64,000 nt of DNA from an uncultured bacterium (lineage in GTDB: Bacteria > Fidelibacterota > Marinisomatia > Marinisomatales > AB-629-J13), in assembly GCA_964518835.1 (NCBI GenBank), contig CAZFKU010000001.1, forward strand, positions 19,923 to 83,922, in the 5' to 3' direction. A model generated the notes under the pieces. The model ran no database searches. It worked only from the letters and a program-made list of their open reading frames with translations, and had not been told where the DNA came from. Below, piece after piece: positions 30,401 to 37,366 of this stretch; the stretch's first letter is position 1, and the number at the start of each line of letters is the position of its first letter. The position numbers were made by a program, and so were the translations under genes.

Positions 30401-30759
30401 CATATCTCAGGGTACTGTTCTGCAATATCCTGAAGTTCTGTTAAGGTTTCCTCATAATTTCTATATCCATACAAATCCCTGATTCCTCTCAAATTCTGTT
30501 TTAACTGAGATTCTGTTTGGGTTATGGTTACGACATGACCATCATTTTTAATTTCATTGTAAAGATTTTGGTCAACCACTAAATCCATATATTCCCCCGG
30601 TTTGTATGCAGACATATCATATCCCGGTGATCTGTATTTAAAAAACAGACTTTCGCTGGGTTCTTGAATGCGGATTACAAATTTTTCTGGTCCTCCTTGC
30701 AAAACACAAAAGGAAAATGAAAACCAAATGATAAAATGAATTAAAGGTGTTTTTTTCAT
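27439..30759 (-). CDS. zinc carboxypeptidase, family M14 (T9SS cargo)
   Basis: 1106 aa. Motifs GLHHSREPIS (HxxE zinc site), IVNPNGH, WRKN, GVDPNRNY and TYHSYSELV. Two CarboxypepD_reg-like beta-sandwich segments, jelly-roll at 28570-29004, cassette at 27439-28542, FPNPFNN...IVLLK tail. Confidence 0.9.
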   Translation of the reverse strand: MKKTPLIHFIIWFSFSFCVLQGGPEKFVIRIQEPSESLFFKYRSPGYDMSAYKPGEYMDLVVDQNLYNEIKNDGHVVTITQTESQLKQNLRGIRDLYGYRNYEETLTELQDIAEQYPEICQLVDLGDTWGKEYSDDGDNDYDNYHHESWGLKVSDNVEIEEDEPGTFFMGLHHSREPISVEVVMGILYHLLDNYGTDPEITGFIDNTQIWFIPIVNPNGHRIVTEEIDLWWRKNIRDNNQNGQFDTSNDYGYGTDGVDPNRNYGFQWGDVGTSDSYNSPVYHGPNAWSEPEIVAMKNLLESHHFVTGITYHSYSELVLFPFGYEMGVTAPDHDALEELAIEMAYTIPAQNGGFYTPQQSLELYPCMGTTDDYAYGVHSIFSFTIELGIQFIPPAGQIDEIVENNLEASKILLNRVNRQSITGLITNSETSDPVVAEVYVEGIDNIGNFKFPSMSDLNFGRYYRLLQEGNYDITFSAEGYETVNANVNITSNQQTILNISMNPVNLVTVTGQVTDGFSGQPINEGEVNILGEEIVYTDENGNFSLPPVYEGMYIIRSISDNYSTVEMPIEISVEDHNIEIEMYTYSTESFESSTFSDEWSTDGDSDWYFTTESVFDGMYSVRSGEIDDNQTSNLSLSVDVTAYGSIGFHYRVASEYSPSGNYFYDGLEFYINNEIMGQFQPTTEGETPWLYISYPVSPGEYTFTWSYVKDGGGGSTDMEEDCSWIDVVEFPPTNNNNPPVVTVSPEYLLGWNLVSLPVVLSDTEAGNLFPNWVDNTLYSFDGEYIQENSLEIGAGYWIRLVNEEPISFTGFENNEMQITVMEGWNMIGGLSSQIDINDGLIDNEEILLIPTLYGFIDGGYENTNMIDPGFGFWIRSLEAGEITLTNTPTAVNRQIPDISIQLKEANHIQINERSLYFGVEIPEEMEKWYSLPPLFSGIVKDVRFENESYFSEIGGKIFILNNSETQNISYNISTNENWRYSRPDHIESRILSGSGNFQVSGDISQIYLEKLQSIPEKFSVYPNFPNPFNNETSISFSIPNESFVSIKIYNIKGELIKTLMNEQKFPGLYSSKWKGMDNQSKQVSSGTYILDVSAGEYRNISKIVLLK

Positions 30760-30841
30760 AAATAGCCTTCTCCTGAAATTAATACCATTCTTAAAGATAC
30801 CCTTAATTTTTTTAAATCAAAATTTTAATTAACAAAGGTAA

Positions 30842-32602
30842 TTATCTGAGCAGTATCATCTTTTTCGTGATAGAATTTTCAACGGTTTCCAGCTTATAAA
30901 AATAGAGTCCCGATGGTACCGGAAACCCGTATGTATCTTCCCCATCCCACAATGTGGAATACGTACCAGCAGTAAAAATTCCATCCATTAAATTTTTTAT
31001 GTACTGACCCTGAGCATTAAATACGGACAAGGTAATGTGTCCATTATTAGACAGGTCAAATTTTATAACTGTTTTTGGATTAAAAGGATTTGGAAAATTC
31101 TGGTGAAGGGAAAAATTGGCCGGTATTAAAATTTCAGTATTTTTAACTAATTGTAATTCGTCAGCAGATGGAATGACAATAGAAAGACCATTTTCCAAAG
31201 TAAATGTTTCCCCGGTTCTGGAGTTGATGAGTGTCCATTGTTCACCATTATTGATTTGACATTCAATCGTTAAAAATTCTGTTGGTGACTGTACCTCAAT
31301 TTGCCCACCTTGCTCGGAAAGTTTCATATTCCCTTCAAAACGAACATCAAAAGCTCCAAGAGGAGGTTTGGGAGGAAGAGAATATTTTATCATCTCTTCA
31401 CTGGATAAATTATCACCAAAATATAGCGAAAATCCATTAATTGAAATTTTGTTTGTAGTGGGTAATTTTTGAGTTCCGGAATTCAATTTATTAATACCAT
31501 CTTCATAAGATATATTTCCTGACCTTTCTTCAGCACTTAAATATATTTGCCCGGCACTATGTGTCCGAATCATATATCCCCTGCCGGGTTCTAATTGAGT
31601 GGCATTTGCATATCCATTAAAAAATTCATATATAGTTCCTACAATGAGAATATCATTTGGATCAGAAATCCCAGTCTCAATATCAACAGAAAAAGACAAT
31701 CCAGATATCATATTCCACCCTTCATTTAGATTCAATGTCAATTCATAAATCGGAATTCCGTTAATAACTGTAACACCGCTTTCGGCAAATCTCAACCAAT
31801 ATCCAACACCATTTTCTAACTCCTGCACCCAAATATATGCCCCCATAAATTCATATAATGTGTTTTCAATTGATTCAGGATACACACCCATTTGGCTTGT
31901 ATCTTCCATAATCAAAGGGAGTCCCACCATATTCCAATTTTCATTATGATTTATAACTAATTCAATTATTTCAGGACCGCTGGGGTTTGCTCCTTCATTG
32001 ATCCATGTATTGATTTTGGCGATGGTCAGAGGATGTAAGGGTGGCATGTTATTCGGCATTTGGTTTCCAAACGGAGGAGCGGCGGATAATTTTTGTATGA
32101 GGTTGCTACCCGGACCGTCTCCGGGAATGACGACAGCGCCATGACTGCCTCCATCCATTAATTCATCATAGGTTAATAAAGTTAAACCTCCTGCATCTCC
32201 TCCATGACAGTATCCGCTTGAACAACTTTCTTCAAAAATCGGATAAATATCTTCATCATAATCCATATCGGAATAATCCACTTCATAAGGTAGTGCTCCT
32301 TCATTAATCCATTGAGCGATCAAACCTACCTGTGTTGGTGAAAGATCATTTCCTTCCGGCGGCATATTTCCGGAATTAATTCTTTGCCACAAATTACTCC
32401 CGGTATGATTATATACAGCGATGACCATTCCGCTGTTTCCTCCTTCCATCACATTGTCATAACTGGTCAAACTTAACCCACCGCTGTTTGGGTGACATCC
32501 CGTGCAATATTGAGAAAAAATAGGCTGAATTTGTGTTTGATAATTAATGCATAAACTGACATTGGAAATGATAGACAACAGGATAAGTGCTTTTTTATTC
32601 AT
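30842..32602 (-). CDS. secreted protein with two Planctomycete-cytochrome-C-like (PSCyt1) domains (T9SS cargo)
   Basis: 586 aa with two repeats. Repeat 1: IQPIFSQYCTGCH...GGLSL.SYDNVMEGG...WINEGA. Repeat 2: IYPIFEESCSSGYCH...GGLTLLTYDELMDGG...WINEGA. CTGCH lies at 32492-32506 and CSSGYCH at 32204-32224. Cassette at 30842-31969, FPNPFNP...MILLR tail. Confidence 0.75.
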   Translation of the reverse strand: MNKKALILLSIISNVSLCINYQTQIQPIFSQYCTGCHPNSGGLSLTSYDNVMEGGNSGMVIAVYNHTGSNLWQRINSGNMPPEGNDLSPTQVGLIAQWINEGALPYEVDYSDMDYDEDIYPIFEESCSSGYCHGGDAGGLTLLTYDELMDGGSHGAVVIPGDGPGSNLIQKLSAAPPFGNQMPNNMPPLHPLTIAKINTWINEGANPSGPEIIELVINHNENWNMVGLPLIMEDTSQMGVYPESIENTLYEFMGAYIWVQELENGVGYWLRFAESGVTVINGIPIYELTLNLNEGWNMISGLSFSVDIETGISDPNDILIVGTIYEFFNGYANATQLEPGRGYMIRTHSAGQIYLSAEERSGNISYEDGINKLNSGTQKLPTTNKISINGFSLYFGDNLSSEEMIKYSLPPKPPLGAFDVRFEGNMKLSEQGGQIEVQSPTEFLTIECQINNGEQWTLINSRTGETFTLENGLSIVIPSADELQLVKNTEILIPANFSLHQNFPNPFNPKTVIKFDLSNNGHITLSVFNAQGQYIKNLMDGIFTAGTYSTLWDGEDTYGFPVPSGLYFYKLETVENSITKKMILLR

Positions 32603-32719
32603 AATATTTCCTTGTTTTGTTAAATATTTATAGCCTTAAGTATATAACGGAAAAAGATGTCATTTATTTAGACAATAATCACCACAAATTTATTCCAACT
32701 TTATCAATATAAAATATGG

Positions 32720-33475
32720 TTAATCCTGATGGGGGCATGCCCACCAATGATTATCAGAGCCATTTAATCCCGGTTCTTCAGATTTACATGAAGGGATTGC
32801 AATTCCGCAACGGGGATGAAACCTGCACCCTTCAGGAAAATCATTCGATAGAGGAGGGTGTCCTTCGATATAAGCCAATTTACCAAAATTGTTCACGTTT
32901 TTATTCATCAATTCAATCAATCTTTGAGAATAAGGATGTTTTGCATTTTCAAAAATCATTTTTGCAGGACCTGATTCGACAATTTTACCGGCATACATAA
33001 TGAGAATTTTATCTGCAAATCCACGAACCGAAACCAGATCGTGGGTAATATAAATTATAGTTTTCTTTGATTTTTTTCCTATTCGTTTTAACAATTCAAT
33101 GATATGATGTTTAGTTCTCATATCCAATGCTGTTGCTGGTTCATCTGCAATCAATATATCGGGATCCCGGGCTAATGCCATGGCAATTAATATTCGTTGT
33201 CTCATTCCACCTGAAAGTTCATGGGGATACTGGGTTAATCTTTTCTTAGGGTCGGAAATCTCAAGATCATTCAATAATTGAATTAAAATTTGATTTTTTT
33301 GTTTGTTTGAAATCTTTTTCCGGAAGGCTTCTCTGATCTGGGAACCGATTTTCATAATAGGATTCAATGCATTAAGGGGATCCTGAAATACAAATGAGAT
33401 GACATAATTATCCAGTGGAGGTTTGGAATTGATATTCACTTTAGCATATTCCGGTAATAAACCAGCCAGTGCCAA
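32720..33475 (-). CDS. ABC transporter ATP-binding protein (oligopeptide/dipeptide DppD/OppD-like); the true N-terminus lies upstream of the called start
   Basis: Signature LSGGMRQR, Walker B ILIADEPATALD, H-loop ITHDL and a Cys-rich oligopeptide-type tail. Walker A GESGGGKT is encoded upstream of the TTG at 33475 in the same open frame, which is open up to 33664. Confidence 0.85.
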   Translation of the reverse strand: MALAGLLPEYAKVNINSKPPLDNYVISFVFQDPLNALNPIMKIGSQIREAFRKKISNKQKNQILIQLLNDLEISDPKKRLTQYPHELSGGMRQRILIAMALARDPDILIADEPATALDMRTKHHIIELLKRIGKKSKKTIIYITHDLVSVRGFADKILIMYAGKIVESGPAKMIFENAKHPYSQRLIELMNKNVNNFGKLAYIEGHPPLSNDFPEGCRFHPRCGIAIPSCKSEEPGLNGSDNHWWACPHQD

Positions 33476-33636
33476 TCCGGTTTGAGTTTTTCCTCCTCCA
33501 GATTCCCCGATTATCGCCGTTATTTTTCCGGTGGGAATTGTAAACGAACCATGATCAACTACAGCGAGATAATCACTCTCCCCTTTATAGGAAACGGAGA
33601 GATTTTTTATATGAATATTTTTTATATCACTAAACG

Positions 33637-34578
33637 TTACATGCCTAATCGTTTTAGACCGGGATCAATCAACCACAACCAGTCATCCATCAAAAATTCC
33701 AATCGGATAGCTAAGAGTGCGATTCTTCCCATCACCGTATATCCAAAAGCGGCACCAAATGTAATCATGAGACACCAGATTCCGACTTTAGCAGTTTTGC
33801 CAACAATACCTTTATGTTCAATTGAAAAGAAAAAATATACGATTGCACACAATACTCCCAGTACGATGATCAAACTTCTGAGGGATTCCCAAAAATCAAA
33901 TCTTCCGGCGGAATCTGTCACCCAAACAGGAATAATAGTATTACTGATTTGGCTCAGAAAATCCGCATGCAGAAAACCGACCAACCTCATCCCTGCAGTT
34001 GTTCCGATAATAAATGCCAGAGGCCATCTGCTGAGCCATGCTCCGGATGGGGACAGGCGCATCAATAATAAAATTCCCAATATAAGAGGAATCAGGTATA
34101 AATACCAGAATTCCTCTCGTTCCGGTGACAATCCGGGCATTGCCCAGGATTGAATCATTGCAGGCCATATTTTTCCGATTAAATTTGGAATAATGACTGT
34201 CCAGAAGCCAACGACCATCCAATAGGCCGCCGAAACACCAATGACAACAGATTCTGAAATTTTATAAAAGGGATTATCACGATATAGAAAAGAGAAAATA
34301 AACAGGGTAAAAAATGCCGCGACCCAAATACCGATTGTGCGGGATAAACTGAAAGTAAATTGAGTTTGATTTGGGTCTGATTCCAAAGCTTCATTATATA
34401 CTTTCGGATTAATTTTTTCGTGTTTTATCCAACGTTTTTCAGGATCCGGATTTTCGGAATTAACTTCCACTTTCTTCACGAAAACAGTTCCCATTCCGTG
34501 TTTACTGAAAACACTTCTTCCCATGAGAAGTAATCCCAAAAGAAGGACGACAATCCAAATAATTTTTTCCTTATTCAC
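33637..34578 (-). CDS. uncharacterised polytopic membrane protein (operon member)
   Basis: 313 aa: N-terminal anchor, a hydrophilic segment of about 60 aa, then at least 6 hydrophobic helices. The start overlaps the upstream stop by 4 nt. Confidence 0.6.
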   Translation of the reverse strand: MNKEKIIWIVVLLLGLLLMGRSVFSKHGMGTVFVKKVEVNSENPDPEKRWIKHEKINPKVYNEALESDPNQTQFTFSLSRTIGIWVAAFFTLFIFSFLYRDNPFYKISESVVIGVSAAYWMVVGFWTVIIPNLIGKIWPAMIQSWAMPGLSPEREEFWYLYLIPLILGILLLMRLSPSGAWLSRWPLAFIIGTTAGMRLVGFLHADFLSQISNTIIPVWVTDSAGRFDFWESLRSLIIVLGVLCAIVYFFFSIEHKGIVGKTAKVGIWCLMITFGAAFGYTVMGRIALLAIRLEFLMDDWLWLIDPGLKRLGM

Positions 34579-35450
34579 GATTGTGTTCCTCTTTTCTTCT
34601 CAGATAAATAAATGATATTTGCCAAGATGATAAGTATGATGATAAAAATATGTGCAACCAGTTGGGGACCCATTCGCCGCTGACCTTCCAGATATTTTGG
34701 ATCAGGATTTTCCCCACCATAATTTTCAACGACCAATGCCTCGTATTCAGCGGCACCTTTGATGGCGCCCAGAAGTCCCCGCAACTGCCCGGGGATGTAA
34801 GGATAGAGTAAGGGTGCCTGTACACCGGTACAACCTGCGACAAGTTGAATTTTATCAGAATATGGGGTTACCGCATACTGAACCCATTCTTTGGTCCCTG
34901 CATAACCTGCGCTGACGTTCACAATCAATTTAAAATCCTGAACACTGTGAATCTGTTTCATCATGGGAATATCATCAATATTTGTACCTTTATCATCAGT
35001 GGTGTATAATTCCCTGATGTCTGTAACGATCACTTTAATTACACCTTCATTACCTGACTTAAACCCAAGATTTACGTAATCCTTCCCGTAAACCAAATGA
35101 GGAAAGTCTGCTTTGATTACTTTATCAATATTGTCATCTATCATTTGAGGTCCAACCGGCCATAATGCCATAAAATAAATTTTTAGTTTTTTCTCACAAA
35201 CATGTTTGGTAAATGCTGTTGCCATTGGACCTAATTCACCTTCACTGGCAGGGTCAAAATCAAACGACAATAATACCGGATCTCCTTCATTTAACTCCTC
35301 AATCGCATCAAATGTATCTTTAGCTAATTTACTGGGGACTTCCGGAAATGTTTTTCCAGTTTTCCCGATGATGAAAATGGGAACAGATACAGCGATGAAC
35401 ATCATTAAGAATATCCAACGTTTATCTAAATTTGCTAATTTATTCAACAT
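34575..35450 (-). CDS. uncharacterised bitopic protein with a central soluble domain (operon member)
   Basis: 291 aa: an N-terminal TM (WIFLMMFIAVSVPIFII), a soluble domain of about 220 aa, and a C-terminal TM (VAHIFIIILIILANIIY). I recognised no motif. Confidence 0.6.
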   Translation of the reverse strand: MLNKLANLDKRWIFLMMFIAVSVPIFIIGKTGKTFPEVPSKLAKDTFDAIEELNEGDPVLLSFDFDPASEGELGPMATAFTKHVCEKKLKIYFMALWPVGPQMIDDNIDKVIKADFPHLVYGKDYVNLGFKSGNEGVIKVIVTDIRELYTTDDKGTNIDDIPMMKQIHSVQDFKLIVNVSAGYAGTKEWVQYAVTPYSDKIQLVAGCTGVQAPLLYPYIPGQLRGLLGAIKGAAEYEALVVENYGGENPDPKYLEGQRRMGPQLVAHIFIIILIILANIIYLSEKKRGTQS

Positions 35451-35452
35451 CC

Positions 35453-36154
35453 CTATTCCTCACCGGATCCTAAATAGGATCTATCCACTCCAAGGAGCAC
35501 TTTTAACGAAGTTGAAGCAATTCCAAGGGCAATTCCAATCATAATGGCACGATTCCCAGCTGTATTAAATACGCTCATAATGTACACAGTTAGGTTCTCT
35601 ATTCTGAGTCCGCTGATTGCATCAGGAAACCAGGAAGTCAAAAATACTCCTGCGAATGTTCTGCCCAGTAAAATGATGAAAGCAGTTCCGAGAAGTAGGA
35701 TAGCTTCCAAATTTTTTGCTCTAAAAGCCCTGAATGCAGCAGAAGCAATATAAAATGCCAGCATGGAAAACATGGTTGCTGTCAGCGGTTTAAAAGCATA
35801 TTCATATAACCACCAAAATGGACCTCCCATTTCTCTGTATTCACCGGACCATGCATAATCTACATAGTTGGGATTTGGATGGATACCGATTTTAAATAAG
35901 CCAAAACATAAAGTAACCAGAAATGCTACAAGCGTAATGAGTGAATATGCCCATCCTTCTCCCTGATCTGATACTTTTTTAAGGTGAATCTTCAGAAGAT
36001 TTCCTCCTCCGAGGATAAATGCAATTGCCGCAAGAATGTCAAACCAAATTGCTGTGAATTCACCCCAGCCCTGTGTCGCCGGAATAAAATAGGCAATCAC
36101 GAGAACAAATCCGCCTATAGCTGTAATCAATAATGGAACGGTTCTCTTCATCAA
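35453..36154 (-). CDS. uncharacterised polytopic membrane protein (operon member)
   Basis: 233 aa with about 6 hydrophobic helices. There is a 2-nt gap to the downstream gene. Confidence 0.6.
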   Translation of the reverse strand: MMKRTVPLLITAIGGFVLVIAYFIPATQGWGEFTAIWFDILAAIAFILGGGNLLKIHLKKVSDQGEGWAYSLITLVAFLVTLCFGLFKIGIHPNPNYVDYAWSGEYREMGGPFWWLYEYAFKPLTATMFSMLAFYIASAAFRAFRAKNLEAILLLGTAFIILLGRTFAGVFLTSWFPDAISGLRIENLTVYIMSVFNTAGNRAIMIGIALGIASTSLKVLLGVDRSYLGSGEE

Positions 36155-36160
36155 TCTACA

Positions 36161-37366
36161 TTAACCAAGAATGACATTTTTTAAATAATCCACTGCAGTT
36201 TGACAAAAAAGTCCAATAGTAGTTTCACTCCCCGAAGCAGATGCAATGGTTGATAAAATCACACCGACAATTATCCCGAATCCTACAATAATTTTTCCAA
36301 AATCCTGACCCTTAAGACTTCCTAATTGCTCTGCTTCACCGGATAAATAGGCGGAAGCAGCAAAAAATTCTTCACCAATAAGTGTATAATCACAGGCAGC
36401 GACAAAAAACGGAAGTTGTGCCGGCATAGCAGTCCCCGCAAGTTGAATTGCGCCAATGGTATTTCCTGTTTCCGCAAGCAATAGGGATTCTGCAAAAAAA
36501 GCGCCCATGTAAAAACAGGCAGCAGGTTTATCCCTCACCATCATTCCCTGCACGTAAGCCACATAACCAAACTGTTCATCTGTGACATAGTAGATCAAAT
36601 CCTGATTATAAGCATCCGGACGACCTGCAGATAAATAAGACGCCTGAATCGTTTCCCTTGCAGCTGTCATTACAAGAGAACGACTGGTGGGGACTTCCAC
36701 CTTTGCGTCATATTCCGCTGCAACTTTTGCTACTCTAGACAGAACAGTAATCCCTGCGATTGTTTGAATTTCATTCATGTCCTGAATTCCAGGAATGAAT
36801 AAAACGGATCGTCCCATTTCAGTAGCCCTTCCAACGGCTTCATCAACGGCTTCCAGACCAGCGATTTTACGAATTTTTAGTGGTTTCCCCTTACGGGCAT
36901 GATTGATCCAATAGATAACAGCTCCGCAAAACAAAAATACTATAATGCTTAGCCAGAATCTGTTACCGTCAAAAGCTTGCATTTCTGGAGTTACAATTTC
37001 ACTCATAACAGCATCGGATCGCTCACCGGAATAACCTACAGAAATCAATTTAAAAATATAATCAGTTCCATCCTTTAATTTATCAATGGTAACGGAATTA
37101 TTTTGAGCTGGTACAACAGCAGATAAGTGAAAATCATTTTTCCCGGACTCTGAAAACAAAATATGAATTTCTTTAACGGCTGGAAGCATTTCAACAGGGA
37201 TGTTCCAATTTATATCAATTTTGTCTCCATGATCCCAGGGGTGATCGGATATTTGTAAATTAACCGGTGGTGATAAGGAACTTGGATGAATGAGGTTCAT
37301 CCCGAAAAGGATAACTTGGATAATGAGGAAAATTAATTTATTTTTCAATATTCTGTCAGCTTTCAA
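36161..37366 (-). CDS. uncharacterised membrane protein: signal/anchor + fn3-like domain + TM + conserved domain + C-terminal TM (operon member)
   Basis: 401 aa. fn3-like PPVNLQISDHPWDHGDKIDINW...DGTDYIFKLISVGYSGERS. TM FWLSIIVFLFCGAVIYWI. A domain of about 200 aa (KIAGLEAVDEAVGRATEMGRSVLFIPG...). It may correspond to a DUF family, but I cannot verify that. Confidence 0.6.
   Translation of the reverse strand: MKADRILKNKLIFLIIQVILFGMNLIHPSSLSPPVNLQISDHPWDHGDKIDINWNIPVEMLPAVKEIHILFSESGKNDFHLSAVVPAQNNSVTIDKLKDGTDYIFKLISVGYSGERSDAVMSEIVTPEMQAFDGNRFWLSIIVFLFCGAVIYWINHARKGKPLKIRKIAGLEAVDEAVGRATEMGRSVLFIPGIQDMNEIQTIAGITVLSRVAKVAAEYDAKVEVPTSRSLVMTAARETIQASYLSAGRPDAYNQDLIYYVTDEQFGYVAYVQGMMVRDKPAACFYMGAFFAESLLLAETGNTIGAIQLAGTAMPAQLPFFVAACDYTLIGEEFFAASAYLSGEAEQLGSLKGQDFGKIIVGFGIIVGVILSTIASASGSETTIGLFCQTAVDYLKNVILG

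Noticed and set aside
33482-34153. 223-aa plus-strand ORF, plus the smaller ORFs at 33941-34222, 34179-34394 and 34571-34843
   Set aside because: They lie antisense to, or in alternative frames of, well-supported minus-strand membrane-protein and ABC genes. Their composition is low-complexity and Ser/Pro/Ile/Asn-rich, and they have no motifs. These are typical shadow ORFs.
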